Virus record (IMG/VR): IMGVR_UViG_3300044796_000657
Location: 310,001-374,000 of that record
Length of the DNA: 64,000 nucleotides
Direction: 5' to 3' (one strand)
Made by a program: the position numbers and the translations under genes. This document shows positions 45,790-55,866 of the stretch, one piece after another (positions within the stretch are counted from its first letter, which is position 1; the number at the start of each line of letters is the position of its first letter). The notes below the pieces were generated by a model, which had not been told where the DNA came from, did no database searches, and saw nothing but the letters and a program-made list of their open reading frames with translations.

Positions 45790-46787
45790 TGTAAAGCATT
45801 CTCTGCTGCCATTAAGCATCCTTTGCCGACACTAAATAAGTGATCTTCGGGACGCTTAACTTCACCAACAGGAATCGACCAATCCGCTTCTTTGATACCT
45901 TGTTTGAACAATTCAACAAAGCCGGGAGGACTCGCAGTACCACCACCCAAAATAACATCTAAAGGCTGACCGGGCACCGCTTTGGCACCAGCATCAACAA
46001 TCGCCTTCTTGATTGCGCTCGTCGTCTTTTGGATCAAGATTTCATATTGACTCTTAATTGCTCTTTCAACTAATGAAGTCGGCGTTTTGGTCAAATCGAT
46101 CTTCGTCTTTTCTTGATTGATGACTGTCGGACTTTCGCCGCACGCCTTTGCTGCCATCTTGTCAATCCAGTCGCCACTATTCACAAGCGACATTTGAAAT
46201 ACCGGTTGAGCAAAAATGGAATAACACAAGTTAACCATACCAGCACCGAAACTGATACCAACACCGGTATGCATCTTATTACCTAATTCGGCAAAAACCA
46301 ATGCTAAGGCTTCGTTGATTGGAAACGCTTGAAGTCTCTTATTGTTGACGTTGTACGCCTTGAAAATAGAGAGCAAGACGTTACTGTGAAAGTCCGCATC
46401 CGTTTCGGTGTTGATAGCGTTGGCAGGAACCGAATAGTAAAGAATTTCTTTGTCTTTTTCAATTTCGCCGATCAGAGAGTGAATCATGATCTTGAGAATT
46501 TCAAAAGCATTACGTTCTTTGGGGTTCAAACACCCATCAGCCATAGGACGCTTCAGATTTAAAAGCGGAATAGTATAAGCCATATCGATAGCCGGTTGAC
46601 CGACTACGTAAGCCACTTTATCACGCTCAATCATCTTAACTTTATCTTTGAGCATATTGAACATGAAACGATTTTCCAACGGCAATTCAATGAATGCATT
46701 TACCGTCTTCTTGCTCTTGATTTCATTCGTTTCATTACGCTTGCTACAAATAAGGTTGTAGGTACCCGCATCAAATCCGATTGCCAT
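45786..46787 (-). CDS. Actin-fold ATPase (MreB/ParM/MamK-like)
   Basis: Phosphate-1 IGFDAGT, INEALA, phosphate-2 GISFGAG, adenosine motif ILGGGT and SVGKG. Confidence 0.88.
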   Translation of the reverse strand: MAIGFDAGTYNLICSKRNETNEIKSKKTVNAFIELPLENRFMFNMLKDKVKMIERDKVAYVVGQPAIDMAYTIPLLNLKRPMADGCLNPKERNAFEILKIMIHSLIGEIEKDKEILYYSVPANAINTETDADFHSNVLLSIFKAYNVNNKRLQAFPINEALALVFAELGNKMHTGVGISFGAGMVNLCYSIFAQPVFQMSLVNSGDWIDKMAAKACGESPTVINQEKTKIDLTKTPTSLVERAIKSQYEILIQKTTSAIKKAIVDAGAKAVPGQPLDVILGGGTASPPGFVELFKQGIKEADWSIPVGEVKRPEDHLFSVGKGCLMAAENALQ

Positions 46788-46884
46788 TCTTCACCTTTTG
46801 TTCGTGTAAAATATAATAGTTATAAGTCTAAAATAGATTGCTTCCTGTATATAATTAACCGCAAATTAGATTGGTTGGTGTGAT

Positions 46885-47226
46885 ATGGGTGGCATGACAA
46901 GAAGTCCCGAATCGTGGTGGGAGTATTTTAAATCCCTTTTTAATATCAAAAATTATTATATCGATGGCACCGTTACGGTATGTGCTGGTTTCCATCAAAT
47001 TGAAATTCCTACGGTTACTAGCAATCCATGTTCTGTTTTTCTTAGCATCGAAGAGCCAGATAGCGCAACGACAACTTGTGTAGGCGATCTCAATTGGGCT
47101 ACTGCTAAGGTTCAACTCAACGGCTTCACTTTATACGCCAACATCAAATCTAACACTTGTACTATCAAATACGTTATTCAATATGACTGCGATAATTCTA
47201 ATCCTCAAAGCCCCATTGGTATATGA
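46885..47226 (+). CDS. Hypothetical beta-rich protein
   Basis: 113-aa ORF coupled to the downstream gene. Confidence 0.5.
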   Translation: MGGMTRSPESWWEYFKSLFNIKNYYIDGTVTVCAGFHQIEIPTVTSNPCSVFLSIEEPDSATTTCVGDLNWATAKVQLNGFTLYANIKSNTCTIKYVIQYDCDNSNPQSPIGI

Positions 47227-48212
47227 AAACTGTAACTGTTTTGGGTTGGTATGGCAAAAGCAATTGTGGTGATGAAAGCTACAAAATGGCTTTTCCTGCC
47301 GTGTTCAAAAATTATAAATTCAATTTCGTCAACAAGATTACCGATCACAATAGTGATGCTTACATTTTGGGTGGCGGCGATGTCTTGGCCCCTAGTTTCT
47401 TGAATCAATTAGTTAACGTCAAAAAACCAAAACACATTATTTCTGTTTCTGCTAACGAAAAAGTAGATCCGGAACTCTTGAAGGGTTACGCCAACATCTT
47501 TGTACGTGAAAAACAGTCGTTGGATATTTTGACCAAAAAGGGGGTCAAGGCTTCTTATGCCCCCGATGTTGCTTTCGCCTTATCAGGCGATCCAGTTCGT
47601 GGTCTTGAATTGATGCGAAATCACTTCGTTGAACAGAAACGGGATATGTACGAACGGCGAATCGTTGTTGTTATCAATGGCTTCTTGGCGGAAGATCACG
47701 CCAACGGCTTTGATGTACGGCGTGCTTATAACTTTCAAGACTTGACATATAAGTTGTCTCACGTTCTGGATCATACGAACGCCAGTTTCGTTTTTGTTCC
47801 ATTTGGTCAAGAATTGCCGTGGGATGATCGGGTAACAAATATGTGGATTGCGAGTAAAGCAAAATTCTGGAAAAAGAATTTATGTATCAGCGAATCCAAC
47901 GTTCAAAATGTTCTGGATATTATCTCAAGTGCTGATGCAATAGTCTCAACAAGATTACATTCTACCATTTTTGCTATGACAACAAAAACGCCTATTGTAG
48001 ACATTACTCACAATCATAAAAATCGTTGGTTGTTGGAAACAGTTGATAAAAATCATTTTTCTGTTAATTATCGTGCGATTGATGAAGGTGCTTTGAAATT
48101 AAAAATAAATGATTTGATTTCAAATCGTAATATACATGCAAAAGAACTCTCCATTTTGCTAGATAAACAAAAGGAAATCTTGGGAGGGTTGAGTAATGTA
48201 TGTCTCGTTTGA
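47223..48212 (+). CDS. Polysaccharide pyruvyltransferase family protein
   Basis: GWYGKSNCGDE, ILGGGD, IFVRE, PDVAF and STRLHSTI. Confidence 0.85.
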   Translation: MKTVTVLGWYGKSNCGDESYKMAFPAVFKNYKFNFVNKITDHNSDAYILGGGDVLAPSFLNQLVNVKKPKHIISVSANEKVDPELLKGYANIFVREKQSLDILTKKGVKASYAPDVAFALSGDPVRGLELMRNHFVEQKRDMYERRIVVVINGFLAEDHANGFDVRRAYNFQDLTYKLSHVLDHTNASFVFVPFGQELPWDDRVTNMWIASKAKFWKKNLCISESNVQNVLDIISSADAIVSTRLHSTIFAMTTKTPIVDITHNHKNRWLLETVDKNHFSVNYRAIDEGALKLKINDLISNRNIHAKELSILLDKQKEILGGLSNVCLV

Positions 48213-49473
48213 TCGGCATAACGTAATTACTGCTGTCTCTGAAGTTCCATTCAATTCCAATGGCCAAAGTGTAGTTCGAATCCACATTAACAAGGGTATG
48301 GATCTGAACCAAATCGTGGGGCGACTCTTGAGTACTAAACCAAAAAAACAGATAAAAGATTTGAAGGTAGCAGCAATATGCAATTGGGGCGATGCCTGCG
48401 GTATCGCCACTTACAGTAAATTTTTGTTCGATGAAATCAAGAAGAAGGTAGCTGATCTTCATGTATTTTCCGAAATCATACTCGAAGAACTGCCAGAAGA
48501 GGCTAATGTAACACGCTGTTGGAAGCGTGGTCAAAATCCATCAAAGCTTCTGGAGCAACTCAAAAAATACGATCCGGATTTTGTCATTATCCAGCACGAA
48601 TTTGGCATTTTTCCAAAAGCGGGATATTTCTTACAATTGCTTCAAGGACTTGAACAATATCCTTATGTGTTAACTTTGCACTCTGTATATGAACATCTTG
48701 ACAAAGCAGTATGTACTTCGGCTATTAAACACATTGTCGTCCATACCGAAGAAGGCAAAGAGGTTCTTAAGAAGACTGGGAATAATAACGATATTTTTGT
48801 AGTGCCTCACGGATGTGTTAGCATTCCTCCAGCAGAACGCATAGAATTATGGAATATTTTTCAAACCCCCTACGCTATCGTGCAATTCGGATTTGGTTTT
48901 TATTACAAAGGCGTTGATACGATTTTGGAAGCTATTGCTATCCTCAAAAAAACCAACTACGAAAAATACAAAGAACTCTTCTACTGCTATCTTTGCAGCG
49001 AGAATCCCCATGCCAATGCCATCCATACAAACTATTACAACTTTTTGATGGACAAGGTGAAAGAGTTGGATATTTCGGAGAACGTTGCCATTATTCGCAA
49101 GTTCCAAACCGAGCAGACAATTAACCATTACTTACGAACAGCTAAACTCGCAATCTTCCCATATCGTAGCGATCCGAACAATGTTGTTTATGGTGCTTCC
49201 GGTGCCAGTCGTATTGCTATGGCCAATGGTATTCCTGTTATTGTCGGCAAGAACCATCAGTTTGATGATTTGGAAGGTGTTTTGCCAAGAGCCGGTACAC
49301 CACAAGAATTGGCTAATGAAATTGACAAGATTTTCTCTAACGACAAACACCGCAAAGCAGTTATTGATCGTTCGTTAAAGTATATCGAAAATACGACTTG
49401 GAGCAAATGTGCCGATAAGTATTTGGATCTTTACGAAAAAGTATTACCCACCAACATCTTCGCCAAAATTTGA
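48196..49473 (+). CDS. GT4 glycosyltransferase
   Basis: CGIATYS, IQHEFG, TLHSV, PHG, FGFGFYYKG, FPY, ASGASRIAMANGIPVI. Confidence 0.85.
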   Translation: MYVSFDRHNVITAVSEVPFNSNGQSVVRIHINKGMDLNQIVGRLLSTKPKKQIKDLKVAAICNWGDACGIATYSKFLFDEIKKKVADLHVFSEIILEELPEEANVTRCWKRGQNPSKLLEQLKKYDPDFVIIQHEFGIFPKAGYFLQLLQGLEQYPYVLTLHSVYEHLDKAVCTSAIKHIVVHTEEGKEVLKKTGNNNDIFVVPHGCVSIPPAERIELWNIFQTPYAIVQFGFGFYYKGVDTILEAIAILKKTNYEKYKELFYCYLCSENPHANAIHTNYYNFLMDKVKELDISENVAIIRKFQTEQTINHYLRTAKLAIFPYRSDPNNVVYGASGASRIAMANGIPVIVGKNHQFDDLEGVLPRAGTPQELANEIDKIFSNDKHRKAVIDRSLKYIENTTWSKCADKYLDLYEKVLPTNIFAKI

Positions 49474-49689
49474 TAATAATTCCGTTGGACTATCAAAGTC
49501 CGGTATGATGAATTGAGTGCTCTCAACAGGGTCAATCTTCTTGAGAGCTATCGGACTATGCGGTGTTGCTCCGATGCTCAATGAACCATCTTGATTCAAA
49601 GTGATCGTTAAATTCAAGTTAACCGTTATTTCGCCTTGAACGGTTTGAACTCTCTCAGTGATAATTTGTGATTTGATGACCTGAACCAT
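49444..49689 (-). CDS. Hypothetical late protein
   Basis: GTAAATA upstream at 49696-49702. Confidence 0.55.
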   Translation of the reverse strand: MVQVIKSQIITERVQTVQGEITVNLNLTITLNQDGSLSIGATPHSPIALKKIDPVESTQFIIPDFDSPTELLSNFGEDVGG

Positions 49690-49698
49690 ACACCGTAT

Positions 49699-50658
49699 TT
49701 ACTTAGCAGTAGGCCATTTTACCATTATATCATCAAGCGATTGAAGAATTTCCTTCGCTGTCAATTCTGTAATACAAGGTTTTGATATTTGAGTATGATG
49801 ACATTTGTGACATTCACCCCAATTATAACACGGCCCACAATCCCATCCTTCATCACGATGTTTCTGAATTAAGTTCCACTTCTCATAATACTTGCCATAT
49901 ACCTTACCATCGGCCCATGAGAAAATTCCGACCATTGGAATTCCTAGACCACCAGCAATATGAAATGCGGCGCTGTCTACACTTATGACATAATCAGCAG
50001 CTCCGACCAATGCCATGAATTGTTTGTTATTTTTGCCGTGTAGCACTTTTCCATCAAAACCGGGAATGGCCCTTGAGTGAATTCCATAGTAGCTTAATCC
50101 CCGCTCTTGTAAACCTTTGCAGACTTGATCAATTTGCTCAACAGTTAAGTTTTTGCTGGAAATGGCCGATATGGGAGCGAAGCAAACTTTGGCACCTTGC
50201 GTTAGTTCTTTTGCTTCGGCTAACTCAGGTTCGCTAATTTTCATATGCATATTATGCCGAGTTAATTCTAATCCGCACCAATTGGCCCAAATATCGCTTC
50301 GGTGTGGTGCGGAATACGGAGAGGCTATGGCTTCAATTCTACCGCATATAGTTGTTGTGTCGTAATGAATAATCAATTTACTCATGTCGTAGTTGTTAAA
50401 GTCAACGACTTCGTCTACGAATGGATGTCCTTCAATTAGGGACATAAATTGTGGTGGACAACCGAATATAACTTTGATGTCTGGATTCAATAATTTGAAA
50501 TCTTCAAAAATCATCCTATGCATGAGGATGTCACCAATGCCACCGGTTCCTCGCATAATGAATACGGTTTGTCGTCTATCATAATAATCTCTAAGAGACC
50601 ATCGTTTCTTCATTGGGGGAATTCGATGGAGTCCAGAAGCAAGTCGTAATGTTTTCAT
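49699..50658 (-). CDS. GT9 (ADP-heptose-dependent heptosyltransferase-like) glycosyltransferase
   Basis: GGIGDILM, GHPFVDEV, ISVDSAAFHIAGGLGIPMVGIF and a C-terminal CGPC..C..C..PC cluster. Confidence 0.85.
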   Translation of the reverse strand: MKTLRLASGLHRIPPMKKRWSLRDYYDRRQTVFIMRGTGGIGDILMHRMIFEDFKLLNPDIKVIFGCPPQFMSLIEGHPFVDEVVDFNNYDMSKLIIHYDTTTICGRIEAIASPYSAPHRSDIWANWCGLELTRHNMHMKISEPELAEAKELTQGAKVCFAPISAISSKNLTVEQIDQVCKGLQERGLSYYGIHSRAIPGFDGKVLHGKNNKQFMALVGAADYVISVDSAAFHIAGGLGIPMVGIFSWADGKVYGKYYEKWNLIQKHRDEGWDCGPCYNWGECHKCHHTQISKPCITELTAKEILQSLDDIMVKWPTAK

Positions 50659-50672
50659 ACTAATCTAATTGA

Positions 50673-51302
50673 ATGTCGTACACGAATTACTTAAAAATAA
50701 AAGATAAGGTCTGTATTTGTTCTGAAGGCCACAACCCGGAATACCTTATACAGCTTCGAATATTATTGCCAACCCTAACCAAAGAGTTTCCGGAAATTGA
50801 TTTTACATTTGCCTGCCGAGCAGAAAATGTTCATTATATTCGTGGGGCTATTCCTATGGAAATTTACAATCAAACTAAAGGGGACTACGCATTCTCATAC
50901 GAAATCATTTATGATGCTCACTTCAAAGAGCATCCAATAGTCAGTATGTTAAACAATTCTAATATCACTCCAATTAAGATTAAGTCTTCTAGCCCCCGTG
51001 GACATATCGCCTACATATCAGCGATAGGCGACTTTCCTAATTCTAATTTGACAGATCAACAAATCAAAAAAGCATGTTCTTTTGCTGCGAATAAAGGATT
51101 CAAAACCAAAATCATTCAAGACAAATTAACTTTGAATGAAATTCAGAGGATGGTCATAGGGGCTGCGTTCGTTATCGGAACATCAAATGAGTTATTCTAT
51201 GAGGCTGTAGCAGCAGAAGCTCCAACTGCCTTGATTCCAACAGGCCCACAAGCCGAAGACATTTACCGAATGCTCGTACAATCGCCAAATGTTTTACCAT
51301 AA
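50673..51302 (+). CDS. Degenerate GT9-like protein
   Basis: Weak GT-B C-terminal pattern AAFVIGTSNELFYEAVAAEAPT. Confidence 0.45.
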   Translation: MSYTNYLKIKDKVCICSEGHNPEYLIQLRILLPTLTKEFPEIDFTFACRAENVHYIRGAIPMEIYNQTKGDYAFSYEIIYDAHFKEHPIVSMLNNSNITPIKIKSSSPRGHIAYISAIGDFPNSNLTDQQIKKACSFAANKGFKTKIIQDKLTLNEIQRMVIGAAFVIGTSNELFYEAVAAEAPTALIPTGPQAEDIYRMLVQSPNVLP

Positions 51303-51372
51303 AGAAAAAAATGATGGTAAATGAGCCTAAATAAAAGTGAGCTTATAACTTTTACATCCAAGGAGAGAACTC

Positions 51373-51954
51373 ATGAGTGTTTTCCGTGTTAATTTAGATC
51401 AAGGTGTTGGCCGTACGGCTGGTGGTTATCTTGATCCTTCGAAATCTGGTGGCTACAGCATTCAGCGTACTATTTACGCCCCTGGCCCAAACAAAATCAA
51501 TCGCAAACTCGTTGACGGCAGCACCTTTACTGACGTAAACTACTGGAAGCGTTTTTCAAGTTCAGTTCTTGCTCCTGAGCAAGCCTTCATTGAAGTTGTT
51601 ACCGATGACGGTAGCGTTTGGAGCGATTACAGCGCCGACAACAGCTTCCCTCGTTCATATCACGTAATCATTGCCGACAACTCAGCTTATGCTGCTAACG
51701 TTGTTGACATTTTGGGCGACAATGGCTCAGCAGCCGTGTTCACCCAAATCACCGTAACCGCTTCTGGCTCAGCCCCAACATTCCGCTTCAACGGTTTGTC
51801 AACGGCTACTTTGACAATCGCTGGTGGTGTTACCCAAGTGTTTGATAAGGGCGACCTTGTCATCAGCAAGATTGAAATCAACAACACTCAATCTTCACAC
51901 GCAGCCGCAACTGCCGACATCTTTGTTTCAATCAAATCTGTCGCCAATAGCTAA
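51373..51954 (+). CDS. Probable abundant virion structural protein
   Basis: CTAAATA at 51327, AGGAG Shine-Dalgarno, biased codon use and its own terminator. Confidence 0.6.
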   Translation: MSVFRVNLDQGVGRTAGGYLDPSKSGGYSIQRTIYAPGPNKINRKLVDGSTFTDVNYWKRFSSSVLAPEQAFIEVVTDDGSVWSDYSADNSFPRSYHVIIADNSAYAANVVDILGDNGSAAVFTQITVTASGSAPTFRFNGLSTATLTIAGGVTQVFDKGDLVISKIEINNTQSSHAAATADIFVSIKSVANS

Positions 51955-51966
51955 CTTGCCAAAAAT

Positions 51967-51998
51967 AAAAAAAAGCCCCGCAAAGCGGGGCTTTTTTT
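51967..51998 (+). terminator. Intrinsic terminator
   Basis: A8-GCCCCGC-AAA-GCGGGGC-T7. Confidence 0.85.
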
Positions 51999-52018
51999 AT
52001 TTAACGTCTAAATAAAAC

Positions 52019-52270
52019 ATGCTAGGATTCAAATTGTGGATAGAAGCGAAAGCCGCTCCTCTGATTATCAGTAGACGCAATGAATATGACGATTTTCCGT
52101 ACATCGTTGTTGCGTTCCCTAGCGGTGCCCGTTGGAAATATATTTTCCCTAATCAGCACACGATGGAAGAATATTTGTATCGATACAGTCGGAACGTTGG
52201 CAGATTAGTTTCCAAGATTAAAGACGACGATACTGTTAAACAAGAGCAATTACCTCTTCCACAGAGTTAA
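52019..52270 (+). CDS. Small protein with a capsid-targeting-like N-terminus
   Basis: N-terminus MLGFKLWIEA; CTAAATA at 52008-52014. Confidence 0.65.
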   Translation: MLGFKLWIEAKAAPLIISRRNEYDDFPYIVVAFPSGARWKYIFPNQHTMEEYLYRYSRNVGRLVSKIKDDDTVKQEQLPLPQS

Positions 52271-52975
52271 GTCTTTGCCTGTGATCTTTTCTAATTCTTC
52301 GGTATGCGGCAGATAATAATCAAGCCACTTCTTTCTTTGTTCAGGCGTTGGCTTTTGGGCGTTAAATTTCTTATCATGTTCGTGATAACTGAACTTGAAC
52401 CAGTCTTTATAGCTATCTGGCACAAAAGACTCATCTACACCTAAAAACTTCCAAACTTCTTTCAGCACTTTTACGGGTTGTGATTCAATATCATCGTACC
52501 AAACAATGTGAATTTGCTCTTTTGGAAATAGTGCGTACCACTGCTTCAACCAACGTGAGTATATGCTTCTCTCTCTTACCCGCCAGAATTCAAAAGAATC
52601 CATGAAGGTTTTGTTTTTATCAAATCTTCCAGCATTTGTGGCGTGTTTCCAATTAGAAAAAGCACGTTCTAATGGGTGTCTGAATGAAACTATTAACTTA
52701 GATTGCGGTGAATACTCTTTGATCAGGTGCATGGCTTCGTAGTGATGAAAATAATCCGGTGTAAACTCACCGGTTTTTTGTTCATCTGTTGCCCGACCCA
52801 ATTGTTTCATATACACAGACATTGATCGTTTAACGGCATTGTTAAAGAAATGCATTTCTTTGACTTTGGGGGAATAGAGTTGCGGATGGCTCTTCATTTC
52901 ACGCCATAGCCAACTCGTACCGCATTTGACGCAGCCGATACCAATCCAGTCTGGTAATCTCATAAAAGTTCTCAC
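52250..52975 (-). CDS. PAPS-dependent sulfotransferase
   Basis: 5'-PSB loop IGIGCVKCGTSWL, KEMHFF, GEFTPDY and the 3'-PB motif FRHPLERAFS. Confidence 0.9.
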   Translation of the reverse strand: MRTFMRLPDWIGIGCVKCGTSWLWREMKSHPQLYSPKVKEMHFFNNAVKRSMSVYMKQLGRATDEQKTGEFTPDYFHHYEAMHLIKEYSPQSKLIVSFRHPLERAFSNWKHATNAGRFDKNKTFMDSFEFWRVRERSIYSRWLKQWYALFPKEQIHIVWYDDIESQPVKVLKEVWKFLGVDESFVPDSYKDWFKFSYHEHDKKFNAQKPTPEQRKKWLDYYLPHTEELEKITGKDLTLWKR

Positions 52976-52990
52976 CTGTTTAAATACAGT

Positions 52991-54844
52991 ATGAAAATAA
53001 TGTTTTTGTCAGATCGCAAAGACGATTTACTGGAAACTCTATATGAATATTTTTCCAAGATGTATCCGTGCGAATATGGCATGAATACCACCGAAGCAGA
53101 TTTATTCGTCGCAAATTGCATAACTAATTTTCCGAATAAGACGATTTACTATGCGACTGATCCAAGTGATTATTTGTCCGACATCAGTACTCGGCGATTC
53201 AAAATAGGGTTTTTTCAAAAAACTAGGAGCATATTATGCCCATCTTTGTATCTCGCACAAACTTTTTATCGCAGGTTCAAAATACCTTGTGAAATACAAT
53301 ATCCACATTATTTGACAAAAGAAACATCACCTCAAAACATAATTTGTCATCCCAAGTTCGCATCTCAACACTCTATTGATGTTAATGAATTGTCACATGA
53401 AAACTTAAAATTGTTAGATGGCAACTTATCTCATGCTAAATTATATATTTCAAATGATGGGCCAATTGATGGTTCCCTTATAGAAGCATCGGCAAGAGGG
53501 GTTCCGGTTATTGCTCCGAATGATGTTTGGGTGCAAGAATTTTTAATTAACGGCGATCAGACTTTTCGATGGGGAACAACAGAGTGGATCGCAGCCACTA
53601 AAAAATGCTTGCGTAATATTGGAAGCAAAGTGCCGAGTGGTAAATATTCAAACATGTCTACATTACATGACAAAATTCAAAAGGCATTAGAAAAGAAGCC
53701 TACCGTTCTGCTTGATTTTCAACCAAAACCAGTCAAGCCCCCGCAAGTTTTTGGCAGACGACCAAATCGCACTACGAGAGTAGAACCACGTCGACCAATT
53801 ATGTTGCCTGAAATATCAGACAGAACAATTTACATCAGCGGCAGTTGTATCGGCATATCGGGATACGACAATTTGGTTTATGAAACAATTCGTGGGTTCA
53901 AATCTATTGGTGCTGACGTTCGCATCAATGCCAACAATCAAATTAATTATAATGTTTGTCCGGTATGGTTTCAAGATATTCACGCAGCCAAACCGGCCAA
54001 TGCGTGGGAAATTATCATTACCCCACCGTGTAATTTGAATTTTATCACACCGGGAAAGCGATCTGTTGTTTTGACAATGTGGGAAACGGATTATCTGGAA
54101 CCCGAATGGGTGAAGATGTTGAATAATGCCCATATGGTATGTGTACCGAGTCAGTGGGCTGTTGAGTGCTTCAAGAAGTGTGGTGTCACGGTTCCTATTG
54201 CTTGTGTTCCTCTCGGATATGATCCACTCATATTCAATCCTTTGGGTGAATTTCCAAAATTGTGTACCTTTGGTACAGCGGCAGCACTGACCGCTGGCGG
54301 TTTGCGTAAAAACACAAGATATATCATAGACTTATTCCGCAAAGCATTTCCTGAAGAAGCAGACGTAAGACTTAAAGTTAAAGTAAGTCCAGCTTGCCCA
54401 TTGCCGGAATTTCAGGATTCAAGAGTTGAAATCATTCGGGAGATGTTGCCCCCTGCTAAATTGGCTGATTGGTATCGATCCATTACTGCTTTTGTTAACG
54501 CTTCGTACGCTGAAGGGTTTGGACTACACCTAATAGAGTCAATGGCATGTGGTCGGCCATTGATTTCCACATACTATAGTGCCGTAACTGAATATTTTGA
54601 TGATAGTGTTGGTTGGACGGTAGATCATGAAATTATCAAAGCGGCGGGTGGTGCTTACTCTGGACATTGGGGAAAGCCGATAGAACAATCTATCATCAAC
54701 AACATGAGACAGGTTTATAGCGATAAAGAAGCGGTTAAAAATAAAGGTGAGGCGGCTTATCTGAAATCACGGGATTTCACTTGGAAGAAATTCGGTCATA
54801 AGTTAATAGAGGCTATTGGGAAAAATGGAGTGGTGAATTTATGA
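52991..54844 (+). CDS. Two-domain GT4-type glycosyltransferase
   Basis: C-terminal domain WETD, VPSQW, LRKN, AEGFGLHLIESMACGRP; degenerate N-terminal GT domain (EASARGVPVI); TTAAATA 4 nt upstream. Confidence 0.85.
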   Translation: MKIMFLSDRKDDLLETLYEYFSKMYPCEYGMNTTEADLFVANCITNFPNKTIYYATDPSDYLSDISTRRFKIGFFQKTRSILCPSLYLAQTFYRRFKIPCEIQYPHYLTKETSPQNIICHPKFASQHSIDVNELSHENLKLLDGNLSHAKLYISNDGPIDGSLIEASARGVPVIAPNDVWVQEFLINGDQTFRWGTTEWIAATKKCLRNIGSKVPSGKYSNMSTLHDKIQKALEKKPTVLLDFQPKPVKPPQVFGRRPNRTTRVEPRRPIMLPEISDRTIYISGSCIGISGYDNLVYETIRGFKSIGADVRINANNQINYNVCPVWFQDIHAAKPANAWEIIITPPCNLNFITPGKRSVVLTMWETDYLEPEWVKMLNNAHMVCVPSQWAVECFKKCGVTVPIACVPLGYDPLIFNPLGEFPKLCTFGTAAALTAGGLRKNTRYIIDLFRKAFPEEADVRLKVKVSPACPLPEFQDSRVEIIREMLPPAKLADWYRSITAFVNASYAEGFGLHLIESMACGRPLISTYYSAVTEYFDDSVGWTVDHEIIKAAGGAYSGHWGKPIEQSIINNMRQVYSDKEAVKNKGEAAYLKSRDFTWKKFGHKLIEAIGKNGVVNL

Positions 54845-55866
54845 TTGTTGGAATCTCAACACCGACATTAGTAGGGGGCGATGCCGTCGGTAATGATGTT
54901 ATGGGGATGTACTATGCATTATTATATCATGGTCACAAAGTGAGACTGTTTGCCAACCATTATGACGTTAATGCCACAGTAGAACCATTGACAAGGCTTG
55001 ATAACAACATGGATGTTTTGATCTATCATCATTCCATCAATTGCCCATTGGGTATTCAGGCACTCCAAAAAGGTAAATATCAGAAAGTTATTAAGTACCA
55101 CAATATTACGCCACCTGAATTTTTCATTGGTGATGAAAAAACTAAAAAGGAGTGCGAACTTGGACTAGAGCAGAACCACGAAATCGTTAAACATAACGTA
55201 TGGTCTGACTCTCATTACAACGCCAGCCAGTTGAAGGCTATCAAACCCGATTTAGAATATTCGGTAATTCCCCCATTTACACAAGCCGAAGATTTAGGGG
55301 CAGTAGAAGCAAATTTTCAAGCAGCAATACCATATGACGATTGGTTGACAAACATCATTATGGTTGGACGAGTTGCCGCCAACAAAGATGTTATGATGGG
55401 GATAAGAGCTTTTGAAGAGTATTTAAAAATCAATCGCTTTGCTCGCCTCATCATCATTGGCGATAAAAGTACCGATTATGCCAATAGTGTCATTGATTAT
55501 GCCAAAAAGTTTGGCGATAAAGTTGTTATGACTGGTCGGGTTACACTTTCAACATTGAAAGCGTTCTATTTGATAGCAGATGCTTTATTGATTACAAGTC
55601 TCCATGAGGGTTTTTGTGTACCGCTCATTGAAGCAATGTCTCTGAATGTTCCGGTGGTAGTTAATGATAAGTGTGCTTTGCCTGAAACTGCCGGTGATGC
55701 TGCCATTGTCATAAAAGGCAATGATCCCAAATCTTTTGCAGATGGATTACATCAAACGATTGATAGTATCACATATGTCAAAGCCGGAAAAGATCATTAC
55801 CGAGAAAAATTTCATCGCTCTGCCGTAGCTAAAACTTTTATCACGGCTTTTGAAGCAGTTCGGTAA
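54841..55866 (+). CDS. GT4 glycosyltransferase
   Basis: GDAVGND, YHNITP, VGRVAANK and SLHEGFCVPLIEAM. Confidence 0.88.
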   Translation: MIVGISTPTLVGGDAVGNDVMGMYYALLYHGHKVRLFANHYDVNATVEPLTRLDNNMDVLIYHHSINCPLGIQALQKGKYQKVIKYHNITPPEFFIGDEKTKKECELGLEQNHEIVKHNVWSDSHYNASQLKAIKPDLEYSVIPPFTQAEDLGAVEANFQAAIPYDDWLTNIIMVGRVAANKDVMMGIRAFEEYLKINRFARLIIIGDKSTDYANSVIDYAKKFGDKVVMTGRVTLSTLKAFYLIADALLITSLHEGFCVPLIEAMSLNVPVVVNDKCALPETAGDAAIVIKGNDPKSFADGLHQTIDSITYVKAGKDHYREKFHRSAVAKTFITAFEAVR

